Counted from the first letter of the stretch, positions 28,360 through 38,391 are shown. The stretch is DNA of 64,000 nucleotides from an uncultured Alphaproteobacteria bacterium (GCA_902586695.1 CACIIL010000001.1:22196-86195); one strand, 5' to 3'. Numbers and translations: made by a program. The notes: generated from the sequence alone by a model not told the origin.

Positions 28360-28461
28360 TTTTATATCTATTTAATATACACAATTAAAATTAATATAAA
28401 TAAAAAAATAGTTATTATTGAGTTTTGGTTTGTTTAGTTTTTAAAAAATGAATTTATTATT

Positions 28462-29115
28462 TTAGTTTTTTATAAGGTCGCCAAGCAGACTATAATCATT
28501 AGTATATATTTTTTTTACTTTTGTTATTTGATATGCATTTAACTCTAAAACAAATTCCTTGCCCCCTGTTTGGATTTTAGGAAATTTTCTATCTTGACCA
28601 AAAAAATTATTTATTTTTTGTTCAAATGTTTTAATATTTGAAGTAATGCCAATTATATTAAAATAACTCAAGTCATTACCCAGCCAATAATTTTGAGGAA
28701 GAAAATGCTTGTTTTCAAAAAGGTTGTTTTCAAGCTTTTCAATAACCATATCAACTGTATGATTATAAAATTCCTTATCTTTATGAAATAAAACTCTATT
28801 TTTGTATGCTGATAAAAATCTTTTTAAAGGATCTCTGACAATACATGCTCTATAGTCTACTTGTAATTTTGTAAATCTATTCTTGCTTTTAAACCAATTT
28901 GTTAAATTTGTTTTTCCTTCAAAACTATCTTGTAATTTTTTAGTTTGTTTAAATCTAGGTATATTATCCTCTATAAAAAAAAATTTATCTAATAAATCTA
29001 AATGACTAGCAAAAAAAAGTTTAGCAGAGGAATTTGCATTTTTTTTTACAGGATAAAATACTAATTTTTTATTTGTTTTTTTATTAAAAAAGACCGGGTA
29101 TACTGGGTTTTTCAT
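28462..29115 (-). CDS. Sulfotransferase family 2-like protein
   Basis: Candidate PAPS-binding blocks: YPVKKNANSS (5'-PSB-like) and IVRDPLKRFLSAYKNRV (3'-PB-like, RDP..R..SAY). Confidence 0.6.
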   Translation of the reverse strand: MKNPVYPVFFNKKTNKKLVFYPVKKNANSSAKLFFASHLDLLDKFFFIEDNIPRFKQTKKLQDSFEGKTNLTNWFKSKNRFTKLQVDYRACIVRDPLKRFLSAYKNRVLFHKDKEFYNHTVDMVIEKLENNLFENKHFLPQNYWLGNDLSYFNIIGITSNIKTFEQKINNFFGQDRKFPKIQTGGKEFVLELNAYQITKVKKIYTNDYSLLGDLIKN

Positions 29116-29185
29116 TTTTTTTATTCTATACTAATTGACTGCTTTAATCTATCTAACTTGAATTTTTATAAATAATTTCAAAGTG

Positions 29186-30241
29186 TTATTTATGTAAATT
29201 TAAATTCTTTGCTGACCAGTAAAACCTATCATTTCTTACAAGGGGATGAAAGCTATTTCTACCAACAGCAGTATTGAAATTATTAAAATTAAAAGAAGTT
29301 AGTATTTTAATAAAATTAATTCTTTTATTAATTTGGTTTGAAAATTCTTTATCTAAGAAAATTGTTTTAAAATCATTATTCGTTAGAAAATAGTTTTCAT
29401 AAATACACTGTGTTTGCCATGAAAAACCTTCTATAAATAAGTTGTTGTTATTTAAATAATACTTTGGTTCACTTATTTTTTCATTAAGCTTTATAAGATA
29501 AATATTGTTATCATATTGAAAAATATTTCTTTCTTTACTAAAATGAACTAAGATTTTTTTTTCGATTTGTTTATTAACTATATTTAAAAGAACAACAAAT
29601 TCAGTTATAAGCCCTTTACAAATATTTTCAAAATTATACTCTAATTCTGCCTCTCCCTTTACAATTCTTTTTCTTATTTTTTCTATTTCATTAAAATTTG
29701 TAAAATTTTTTTCTTCTATTTCAGCACCAAGTAATTTTAAGCAGTTGATTGTATGTATTATAGAGTGTCCCGTCAGCAATAATGCTTTATGACTTCTTTT
29801 TTTCTCAATAATTAGATTTATTAATGTTGTTATTCTATTGTGAATTTGTTCAAATGAATTTAATATGTTTTGGTATGGATTTAAATTTTTAGATTCAAAA
29901 CTTATTTTACCTGTTAATATTTTTAATTCTGAAACTGGATTGTATGTCATGTATGGCAGCATTTTTATTGATGACAAAGGATATATATGGGGTAAATGAT
30001 GGAAGTATATCTCTTTGTTGGGTAAATCTTTTATTGCTTCTTTAAATAAATATAAAAATTGAGAAGACAAAACAAAATTGTCTTTGAAAACAAATATTAA
30101 ATCTATGTCTGAAACACCTGGACTTTTTATATGACCATTGTGAATAATGTTTTCAGGCACAAGGTTGCTCGGTAGTTTTTTTGAAAATTCTAAAACATAA
30201 TCAATAGTTCTATTATAATCTTCTATATTTAAAGCTTTCAT
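29186..30241 (-). CDS. Divergent nucleotidyltransferase-fold protein with helical C-terminal region
   Basis: NGHIKSPGVSDIDLIFVF resembles the Pol-beta NTase G[SG]-x(9-13)-D-x-D motif, but with GH in place of GS. 1-nt TAATG overlap with the upstream NTase gene. Confidence 0.4.
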   Translation of the reverse strand: MKALNIEDYNRTIDYVLEFSKKLPSNLVPENIIHNGHIKSPGVSDIDLIFVFKDNFVLSSQFLYLFKEAIKDLPNKEIYFHHLPHIYPLSSIKMLPYMTYNPVSELKILTGKISFESKNLNPYQNILNSFEQIHNRITTLINLIIEKKRSHKALLLTGHSIIHTINCLKLLGAEIEEKNFTNFNEIEKIRKRIVKGEAELEYNFENICKGLITEFVVLLNIVNKQIEKKILVHFSKERNIFQYDNNIYLIKLNEKISEPKYYLNNNNLFIEGFSWQTQCIYENYFLTNNDFKTIFLDKEFSNQINKRINFIKILTSFNFNNFNTAVGRNSFHPLVRNDRFYWSAKNLNLHK

Positions 30242-31305
30242 TAAATTAAGTATTTTTCTGAAATTTCATTTAAAATTTCATTTTTTTGAATATTTACACT
30301 CATATTTATTGAGTCAACCATGATATTTTTTATAAATTCCTCACTCACACCAATATTTGACATTTGAAGCTCTGCCCAATCACTTCTAATTAATGATGCA
30401 CTATTAAATAAATCAATTTCTTTTTTAGATTTATATTTATGTATCTTATTTTCAAAAATATTTTTTTTATCAAGATAGGTTCCAAATATAATTTCAAACT
30501 CTAAAATAATTAACATAAAGTAACTGCTTATTAATTGCTTCAAAAAAAATAAATTATTTATTTTGTCTTGGCTTTGTAAATCAATCATAATTCTTAATAT
30601 GTTGAAAAAACTTTCAATCTTTAAATCTAAATCTTCCCTTATGCCTTTTATTGTTATTTCATGATTTTTAGAAGACGAGCCTTTTTCAAGTGCGGAAATA
30701 GGCATAAAGCTTTCAGGGTAACAATCCAAGTCAGACTCAAGGTTAATGAAAACTTTATGATGAGAAACAGGGTCGAAAAATGCTATTTTTTTATTTAATG
30801 CCTCTATTTGAAAATATGCTTCTCTTAGTTCTTTTTCACTATTAATTAATTTATTTTTAATAAATATACTTACATCAACATCACTAAACCTTGTACTTTG
30901 CCCATCAGATTGACTTCCATGTAATATTATTGAAAAATAATCAAAATGGTTTTCTTCACACATTGACAATATCTCACTCCCAATATTTGTTATGGAGTTA
31001 CTTTCTAGGCCTTTTAATGATTTATCTAATTTAGTTTTTTTAAATAAACTTGAGAAATCAAAGTTTAGGTATTCAATTACGTTTGAATTATCACTTCCTA
31101 AAAAAGAGTAAAAAGAATTAACAGGATCTATGTTTATTTTTAAATTATTGTTTAGAAGCAATGACAAAGATTTTTTTCTCATCCTTTGGGCTATGCTGTA
31201 TTTTCTACAATTGTTTATAAACCTCGGATCAAATAAAAGCTTAATATTTTCATCTATTTTAATAGATTTTGAATTTAATGTTGAATATATTTCGCTAAAA
31301 TTCAT
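30241..31305 (-). CDS. Nucleotidyltransferase (Pol-beta superfamily) domain protein
   Basis: Canonical ILHGSQSDGQSTRFSDVDVSIFI (GS...DxD) at residues about 128-148, flanked by an approximately 125-aa N-terminal region and a helical C-terminal region with no recognised motifs. Confidence 0.6.
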   Translation of the reverse strand: MNFSEIYSTLNSKSIKIDENIKLLFDPRFINNCRKYSIAQRMRKKSLSLLLNNNLKINIDPVNSFYSFLGSDNSNVIEYLNFDFSSLFKKTKLDKSLKGLESNSITNIGSEILSMCEENHFDYFSIILHGSQSDGQSTRFSDVDVSIFIKNKLINSEKELREAYFQIEALNKKIAFFDPVSHHKVFINLESDLDCYPESFMPISALEKGSSSKNHEITIKGIREDLDLKIESFFNILRIMIDLQSQDKINNLFFLKQLISSYFMLIILEFEIIFGTYLDKKNIFENKIHKYKSKKEIDLFNSASLIRSDWAELQMSNIGVSEEFIKNIMVDSINMSVNIQKNEILNEISEKYLI

Positions 31306-31306
31306 C

Positions 31307-32116
31307 TTATTTTAGGATTTCTTTTATTTCATGAACAACAGTTTCTATTGAAATAAGCCGCATACACTCTTTGCAGTGCTGACAAATATTTTTGCTTCCA
31401 CAAGGTGAGTTAGGCAAATCAACATAAATATTTTTATGGAAATCATAACCTGTAATTTCAGGACTTATATGCCCACCAAAAATAACAACTGCCTTGCACG
31501 AAGTGGCCGCTGCTGCATGATGCATTCCTCCTTCAGTTCCAATAAAGAGATCACATTTTTCGAGAATTGCAGCACTATTTCTAAAATTAATACCATGAAT
31601 GTTAATACATCCTTCAATCGGCTTAAGGTCACCGTATGTTATATGTAAAAATTCATATTTATCTATAAGTTTTGAAACAACCTCTTTCCATTTTTCTATT
31701 CCCCAGTCTCTATTTTGATAACCTCTTCTTATTTTTACATAGGGCTCTATAAAAATTAGTTTTTTGTTGCCAATTTTATTTCTTATTTTTTGTATTACAG
31801 ATTTAGAAAAATCCTTTTCACTTTTTGAAAAAAAAATCTCACCCTTTTTTGCTTTATAATTTTTATTCCATGTATAAAAATCTTTATGTCTACTTTTGTC
31901 GTAAATTCTATATGGTCTATTACCTTCATAATTTTTAATCCAAACAATTTTTTTATATTTTGAAATTTCATTTATATCAATAATGTAAGGATTATTATTA
32001 AAGACCTCATTCCAATAAGATAGCGTCCCATCACCAACTACAAACTTTGCATCACGAATATTTTTTCTAATTTCTTTAATTTCACCTGTTGCCATTAAGG
32101 CGTCGCCTAAACCCAT
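31307..32116 (-). CDS. Glycosyltransferase family 9 (heptosyltransferase-like), short form
   Basis: GLGDALMATG at the very N-terminus and GTEGGMHHAAAATSCKAVVIFGG near the C-terminus (GT9 donor-binding block). 269 aa is shorter than typical GT9 enzymes. Confidence 0.7.
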   Translation of the reverse strand: MGLGDALMATGEIKEIRKNIRDAKFVVGDGTLSYWNEVFNNNPYIIDINEISKYKKIVWIKNYEGNRPYRIYDKSRHKDFYTWNKNYKAKKGEIFFSKSEKDFSKSVIQKIRNKIGNKKLIFIEPYVKIRRGYQNRDWGIEKWKEVVSKLIDKYEFLHITYGDLKPIEGCINIHGINFRNSAAILEKCDLFIGTEGGMHHAAAATSCKAVVIFGGHISPEITGYDFHKNIYVDLPNSPCGSKNICQHCKECMRLISIETVVHEIKEILK

Positions 32117-32117
32117 C

Positions 32118-32705
32118 TTAGAATCTTTCTAAGCTAACATTGAAACTAATTACTATTCTTTTATTGTTTGAATTATTAGGATTTACTGAATGCTCTAAAT
32201 AACTAGGAAACAAAACTAATAAACCCTCTTCAGGTTGAACTGAATTTACTGAAGCATTTAATATATTTGGAGATTTAGCAACTGGATGTCTATAAACTGG
32301 TGCAGGTCGAGGATCATAAAAAACAATATCACCACAATTTTTTTCTGCAGTAACGTAATACGCAGCACTTAAGTCACTATTCCCATGATGATGTCTTTGG
32401 TTAAATGCACCTTTTTCATTTATGATTGCCCACATGCTAGTAATTTTAACTTCTTGTTTTTCTAAATCCCAATTCATATCTTTTAAAGCTTGGTTAATAT
32501 TTAACTTTATTGCTTGAGTAAAATTTTTTGGAGCATCTTCGTTCAGATTAAAGTCATGGGAATGCCAACCATTAAAATTACTTTTTTTAATACCTTCTGA
32601 ATCTTTTTTTTGCAAATCCAAAATATAAGATAAAATTTCTTTATTAATTATCTGATGATTAGATATTTTTGATGCCCATACAGGAGTAGAAAAAAATAAA
32701 TGCAT
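32118..32705 (-). CDS. TIGR02466-type putative 2OG-Fe(II) oxygenase
   Basis: SMWAII...G.FN.RHHHGNSDLSAAYYV and LLVLFPSYLEHSV.PN....RIVISFN match the family signature as I recall it. Confidence 0.7.
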   Translation of the reverse strand: MHLFFSTPVWASKISNHQIINKEILSYILDLQKKDSEGIKKSNFNGWHSHDFNLNEDAPKNFTQAIKLNINQALKDMNWDLEKQEVKITSMWAIINEKGAFNQRHHHGNSDLSAAYYVTAEKNCGDIVFYDPRPAPVYRHPVAKSPNILNASVNSVQPEEGLLVLFPSYLEHSVNPNNSNNKRIVISFNVSLERF

Positions 32706-32908
32706 ATTTTTTCTTTAATATATTTTTTATAAAAATAATATAAAAATTTATAAATGAATTATAACTTGTTTTTTTTTAGGTATTTTTTTGTTAACTCTAA
32801 ATTTTTTTTTACCCTTTTATCATAATTTTCAAAATTTTTTCTTCCACTTGCTATATCTGGGAATAATTTTAATAATTTTTTAATATAATTAATCTTCATA
32901 AATTTAAT

Positions 32909-34429
32909 CTAATGTTTAAAAACTCTCTGTTGTGAAAAATATAAAGAAATTTTACTTTTATTTGCATAATTAATTATTTTTTTATCATTTATTGATCCAT
33001 ATGGTTGAACAATTGCGAGGCAATTTTTTTTATGAAGTATTTTTAAATTATCTGTAAATGGAAAAAATGCATCAGATGCACAGACAAAGTTTTTTTTATT
33101 AAAATTTTTTTTATATTTCCTAATTGCTAAACTTGTTGAGTCCAATCTACTCATTTGACCTGCACCAATACCTAATGTTTGTTTATTGCCAACAAGAACA
33201 ACTGCATTAGATTTGACATGCTTAGCTACTTTGTAAGCAAAAACTAAATCATCAATAGTTTTTTTTGAAGACTTTACCTTACTTACTAACTTAAGTTTAG
33301 ATTGTGAAATTAAAATATTATTTGTGTCTTGATATAAAATCCCTGAGTTAACAGATCTAAAAGAAAGATTATTTTCTTTTTTTATATTCTTTGAATTGAC
33401 TACAATTAAACTATTTTTTGATTTAAGAACTTCTAAAGCTTTTTTTGTATATCTTGGAGCCACTACAGCCTCAGAAAAGTAACTGATAATTTTTAAGGCA
33501 AGTTTTTCACTTATAATTCTATTAAATAAAATTATTCCACCAAAGGCACTTACTGGATCAGAATTATAAGCTTTAATAAATGACTTTTCTACATTGTTTG
33601 TTGAAGCTACCCCACAAGGATTATTATGCTTTATGATAACACATGTTGGGTCTTTAAATTCTTTTAAACAATTTAAACCATCGCTTATGTCTAAAATATT
33701 ATTATAACCAATTTTTTTCCCACTTATTTGTGAATTAATTATATTTTGTTTGGAATTAGAAATAAAAAATGCCTTCTGGTTTGGGTTTTCACCATACTTA
33801 ATTTTAATTTTGTTATTTGTTTTTTCTTTTTTTGAATTTTTATTAAACCATCTATAGATTGTACGATCGTAAGCACTTGTTTCCTTAAAATTATTTTTAG
33901 CCATTTTGACTCTAAATTTTAATGAAGTTGAGCCATTATTCATGTTTAGTTCATCTATTAATTCTTTGTAATATTTTATTGAACATAATGTAGTTACAAA
34001 ATCAAAATTTTTACTTGCTGATCTAATCATTGCAGGTCCACCAATATCTATCGTTTCAATTTTATCTAATTTGTTTTTATTAATATAAATATTATTAAAT
34101 GGATAAAAATTGACTATCACATAGTCTATTTTTGGAAATTTTAAATTTTGAAACTTTTTTATATGATCTTTTTTTTTTCTATTAAATAAAATAGAAGCAT
34201 GAATTTTGTGATTTAAAGTTTTTACTCTGCCATTAAGCATTTCTTTAGTTTTTGTTAACTCAGAAACTTGTTGGCATTTAAATCCAAGATCTTTTATTTT
34301 TTTTGCTGTGGATCCAGTTGAAATAATTCCAATATTATATTTTTTAAAAACTAAACAAATTTTATTTAAATTAGATTTATTATAAACTGAAATAAGTGCG
34401 TGACTTCTTATATTTTTTCTAGTGACCAT
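32909..34429 (-). CDS. purH: Bifunctional AICAR transformylase / IMP cyclohydrolase
   Basis: ALISVYNK, GRVKTLHxKIH-like, YGENPNQ, KHNNPCG and DAFFPF motifs. Confidence 0.95.
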   Translation of the reverse strand: MVTRKNIRSHALISVYNKSNLNKICLVFKKYNIGIISTGSTAKKIKDLGFKCQQVSELTKTKEMLNGRVKTLNHKIHASILFNRKKKDHIKKFQNLKFPKIDYVIVNFYPFNNIYINKNKLDKIETIDIGGPAMIRSASKNFDFVTTLCSIKYYKELIDELNMNNGSTSLKFRVKMAKNNFKETSAYDRTIYRWFNKNSKKEKTNNKIKIKYGENPNQKAFFISNSKQNIINSQISGKKIGYNNILDISDGLNCLKEFKDPTCVIIKHNNPCGVASTNNVEKSFIKAYNSDPVSAFGGIILFNRIISEKLALKIISYFSEAVVAPRYTKKALEVLKSKNSLIVVNSKNIKKENNLSFRSVNSGILYQDTNNILISQSKLKLVSKVKSSKKTIDDLVFAYKVAKHVKSNAVVLVGNKQTLGIGAGQMSRLDSTSLAIRKYKKNFNKKNFVCASDAFFPFTDNLKILHKKNCLAIVQPYGSINDKKIINYANKSKISLYFSQQRVFKH

Positions 34430-35958
34430 TTTATTTTATTTCTAATTGAGGAAGTAACACCATTTATTACAATCTGACTTGTTTCTCTAGCAATATCATT
34501 TTCTACATAAATGCTTTTTTCAAGAGAAATATCACTACTTGATTTAAATATCCATATATTGTGCTTGTTTGTTTTCATTATTATACTTTTTTTATTTTCA
34601 GTTATTGTTGGTGAAATATTTGGCATAATGTGAAATCTTATATGATACACAGTTTTTTCAAATTTTGAGTTTGAAGATATAATAGTGTCATGGCCTTTAA
34701 TAACATCAAGTTTTTTATTAATAAAAAGTTCTCTTTTGCAAATTTTTCTATAATTTTTTAAATATCCGTTATGTGTACCTATCAATATAGCCTCATCTTC
34801 ATTTTCTTTAGTATCATATTTAACTTTTTTCAGAAAAATCCCCCCTTTTTTCCATTCTTTGACCTCACTTATATTAGTATTGTTAACAATCAAAGTTGAA
34901 TGTGCGGCACTATATTTTAAGTAAGATGGATTACTGCCGCTACTTTCGGCACCACCACAATTTGTAATTAATTTTTCTCCACCTGCACTAATTTCAATTG
35001 ACAATGATCCAGCACTTAATTCTCTACTAAATCCATATTTAGTAGGTTGAACAACATCAAAAAAAATAGTTTTATTAGCATCTTTGTAAACAGCAATACC
35101 ATTAACAAAACTATTTAATACTCTGCTTTTTAAAAATTGTTCTTTATCAACAATGTCCTGAATTACATTATTATGGTTATTATTACAGCCATTAAAAAGT
35201 GGTAAAGAAAAATCATCATGTCTATATCTTGATAAAAGAGAAGTCATTGCAAGAATTTGATTATTAATTTTTTCAGGACTTTTAATATTATAAAATAACA
35301 TAATGTTTTTAATCTCATTTAAACTATTTACAAACTTAGCATGTTCTAAAACATTATAGCTTTTGTGCATAAAAATTTCATCAACTTGAGAATTAATTAT
35401 TTCTTGAATTTTATTCATGAAATAATTATTAAATTCATTATGAAGGCATTTAATTAAAACTAATGCTACAATCTCTATAGAAGAAATTTCTTCATTTTTT
35501 TTTCTTTTAAAATCAAATAAAAATCTTTTTTCATGAAAATTTATTAAAAAATTTATTTTTTTAATTTCTTTCTCTGTAGAAATAGAAAAAATAAAATCAT
35601 AATTGTAAATTAAATTTAAATATCTTGCTGCCACAAAATCATCTGACCAAGGAAATTCATTATAAAATTTAAATTTATCAAACCACAAAAAAATATTTTT
35701 TTTTGATAGTGTGATACCTTTTTCACCACCAATTTTTTGATAGTAAAACAAAAAATTAAAAGTATGGATATCTGTAACAGAACTATTTTTAATAAAATTA
35801 TCTTTGAAAATATAATATTTTATTAGTTTATAATTAATAAACTCTTGTTGTTTAAAATTTAAATCTTTGAAATTTTTAAATTTATTTTTTTTAAAATTTA
35901 GTTTTAAAAATATTAAAAAAAATTGTTTTGAAATATAAGATATAAATTTTTTAATCAT
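34408..35958 (-). CDS. Heparinase II/III-like family protein
   Basis: Size and position between purH and rsmB match a conserved alphaproteobacterial gene annotated as heparinase II/III-like. The HAH..SFEL-type block is degenerate (SAGSLSIEIS). Confidence 0.55.
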   Translation of the reverse strand: MIKKFISYISKQFFLIFLKLNFKKNKFKNFKDLNFKQQEFINYKLIKYYIFKDNFIKNSSVTDIHTFNFLFYYQKIGGEKGITLSKKNIFLWFDKFKFYNEFPWSDDFVAARYLNLIYNYDFIFSISTEKEIKKINFLINFHEKRFLFDFKRKKNEEISSIEIVALVLIKCLHNEFNNYFMNKIQEIINSQVDEIFMHKSYNVLEHAKFVNSLNEIKNIMLFYNIKSPEKINNQILAMTSLLSRYRHDDFSLPLFNGCNNNHNNVIQDIVDKEQFLKSRVLNSFVNGIAVYKDANKTIFFDVVQPTKYGFSRELSAGSLSIEISAGGEKLITNCGGAESSGSNPSYLKYSAAHSTLIVNNTNISEVKEWKKGGIFLKKVKYDTKENEDEAILIGTHNGYLKNYRKICKRELFINKKLDVIKGHDTIISSNSKFEKTVYHIRFHIMPNISPTITENKKSIIMKTNKHNIWIFKSSSDISLEKSIYVENDIARETSQIVINGVTSSIRNKIKWSLEKI

Positions 35959-37220
35959 TTTTTAACAAACTTTACTGCATAGAAACCATCAATCATATAA
36001 CCTCTAAATTCTGAAGGTGTACAATACAAGTCACCATCTTTGTCAATAAATTTACTAAATTCTTTATTATTGTATAGTTCAAATTTTTTATGAAAAAAAT
36101 TCTTATGGTTACTCAAAAAATTATTTTTTATACTTATAGTTTCATAATAATTAAAAGAGCACACCATATACAATAGAAGGCCTTTAGATTTTAATAATTT
36201 TGCAGCTTTAAAAATTAATGAGTTTTGTAATTTAACTAGATTTTTAAAATTTGGTGATTTTTTTTTGAATAGTATTTCTGGGTTTCTTCTTATTGTTCCA
36301 ATTCCTGAACATGGGGCATCAAGGATTACAACATCATATTTTTCTTCTTCTGAAATATCATGAACATCCAGGTTAGAAATATTAGCTTTCCAATTGAGTC
36401 TTTTTAAGTTTTCTTTCAAAATTTTTAATCTTTTTTGGTTAATATCATTTAGACTAATATCGGCACCTATACTAAATAATTGAAACGCTTTACCTCCAGG
36501 TGCGGAACATAAGTCTATTATTTTTTTACTTTGAAATTCTGGGCTCAAATATATTGGCAGCATGGAGGCAAAATCTTGAACCCACCAATTTCCTAAGGAA
36601 TAATTACTAATTTCATCTATTTTATTTTTTTTTGAAATAAAAGCTGATAGTTCAGTTGTTTTTATATGATCTTCTTTAAATTTACTCAAAAAATTATTGT
36701 TTTTAAAAACTAGATGTATTGATGGTTCTTTACTAATAGTTTCAAAAAAATTTTTTTTCTTAAAATTTTTTTTACTTTCAACAATTTCAAGAAACCATGT
36801 TGGAATATATTTATAATCTAACCTTTTAAGATCTATTAATTTTCTATCCTTAATTATATTTTTCAATAATGAGTTAATTAAAGCAGGATTTAAGTTTTTT
36901 ATTTTTGCAATTTCTACAGTGTCATTTGTAACTGCATAATCTTTGAATCCCAAATATAAAATTTGAGTTATTGCAGATATCAAAAGAATTTTGATTTTTA
37001 ATCTTGTTTTTTTGTTTAAATATTTTTCTAAAATATAATTAATAAAAAAAAAATTTCTCATACTATTAAGAGAGATGTTGTAAATCATCGAAGAATCTTT
37101 TTTATCTAGAACAAAAGATTTAGTATTATAATTTAGGCTTTCTTGATATTGTAAATTTTTATTATGAATATCATATAGAATATCAAAAATAATCTTTCTT
37201 ATTTTTACACTCTTTCTCAT
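35955..37220 (-). CDS. rsmB: 16S rRNA (cytosine967-C5)-methyltransferase RsmB/Sun
   Basis: WVQDFASM, DLCSAPGGK, ILDAPCSGIGTIRRNPE and YMVCS motifs. Confidence 0.85.
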   Translation of the reverse strand: MRKSVKIRKIIFDILYDIHNKNLQYQESLNYNTKSFVLDKKDSSMIYNISLNSMRNFFFINYILEKYLNKKTRLKIKILLISAITQILYLGFKDYAVTNDTVEIAKIKNLNPALINSLLKNIIKDRKLIDLKRLDYKYIPTWFLEIVESKKNFKKKNFFETISKEPSIHLVFKNNNFLSKFKEDHIKTTELSAFISKKNKIDEISNYSLGNWWVQDFASMLPIYLSPEFQSKKIIDLCSAPGGKAFQLFSIGADISLNDINQKRLKILKENLKRLNWKANISNLDVHDISEEEKYDVVILDAPCSGIGTIRRNPEILFKKKSPNFKNLVKLQNSLIFKAAKLLKSKGLLLYMVCSFNYYETISIKNNFLSNHKNFFHKKFELYNNKEFSKFIDKDGDLYCTPSEFRGYMIDGFYAVKFVKK

Positions 37221-37239
37221 TTTCAGATATATAAGTTAA

Positions 37240-38391
37240 ATGGCATTTTTTAGTTTTTCATTGTCTGACAATACTTTTTCTTTTCTTTCTATGCAATTTG
37301 AAAAAAATCAAATTTATTTTTCAAAGAATATTACTTTATGGAAAGAATTAAATAATAAAAAGAAAAAAATTCAATTAAATTTTCTAAAACATGAAATTAG
37401 AACAAAAAATAATTTAATTGGTAAAAAATTATTAATATGTTTGCCGCCTAAATTTGGATTAGGTGATGCCATTGAGTATTCGCTCGCTATTAAATCTTTA
37501 CTTAAAAGTCAAAAATTTTTAAAAATTGGTATTGCTTTTTGTAGTGACTTTTCTTTTATCTTTAGTAAGTTTTTTTCTTTTTCAAATGTTTACCCATTAG
37601 CTATATCTTCAAAAGAAATTAATAAGTATGACACAGTATTTCACATAACATTAGAAATACAAAGTTTTAAATTTCAAAAATATCAAAGATCAAACATTGC
37701 TCTAGAAGTTTGTAAACATTTTGGTGTACCTCTAAATAATTATAAAATTTATAGTAACGATGATAAAAAAAAACTAATTAAAAAACTATCAATATTTCCA
37801 ATATCAACGTCACCAATAAGATCGTTGCCCTATTTTATTATTGATTCTATTAAGAAAAAGTATGATCATAAATACAAAATTGAAATATTTATTGATAATT
37901 CTGATTATGGAAATTACTTGGAAAAAATAAATGTTGCTAAAAATGTTTCTATTAAAAATCCTAAAGATATTAATCTTTTAATCAAAGAAATTTCTCAAAT
38001 AGATTTTGGAATCTTTATTGATTCAGGACCTTTACATATTGCAAAACTTTTAGATAAACCAGGTATATTTGTAGAGACAAGTGTTTCTAATAATATTCTT
38101 TTAAGTAATACCTCTAAAATAAAAGCTGTAAAAAATACCTATAAATCTGAATATTGTAATGGGCCATGCGGACTTGTTGATATTTTTTCTTTTAATGAGA
38201 CTGTTGGTTGTTATGAAACAAACAAATTAACTTTTCAAAGTTTAGAAAGTTTAAAAAACTTAAAACAGTTACAAAGAAGAAACAAAAGAGAAGATAATTC
38301 ACATTTTATATCGAATCCAGTTGGATGCATAAAAAAAATTGATATAGAAAAGATATTAGAATCTATTAATTTAAAATTAAAGGAGTATTGA
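37240..38391 (+). CDS. GT9-like glycosyltransferase (probable)
   Basis: KKLLICLPPKFGLGDAIEYSLAIKSL (GT9 N-terminal block) and FIDSGPLHIAKLLDKPGIFV (GT9 C-terminal D-S/T-G-x-x-H-L-A block). Confidence 0.5.
   Translation: MAFFSFSLSDNTFSFLSMQFEKNQIYFSKNITLWKELNNKKKKIQLNFLKHEIRTKNNLIGKKLLICLPPKFGLGDAIEYSLAIKSLLKSQKFLKIGIAFCSDFSFIFSKFFSFSNVYPLAISSKEINKYDTVFHITLEIQSFKFQKYQRSNIALEVCKHFGVPLNNYKIYSNDDKKKLIKKLSIFPISTSPIRSLPYFIIDSIKKKYDHKYKIEIFIDNSDYGNYLEKINVAKNVSIKNPKDINLLIKEISQIDFGIFIDSGPLHIAKLLDKPGIFVETSVSNNILLSNTSKIKAVKNTYKSEYCNGPCGLVDIFSFNETVGCYETNKLTFQSLESLKNLKQLQRRNKREDNSHFISNPVGCIKKIDIEKILESINLKLKEY

Noticed and set aside
32759-32899. A 46-codon minus-strand ORF (MKINYIKKLLKLFPDIASGRKNFENYDKRVKKNLELTKKYLKKNKL) in the 203-bp spacer between the oxygenase gene and purH.
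   Set aside because: No recognisable domain, no SD, and a lysine-rich composition that AT-rich DNA produces by chance. It could be a gene remnant, but there is no supporting evidence from sequence alone.
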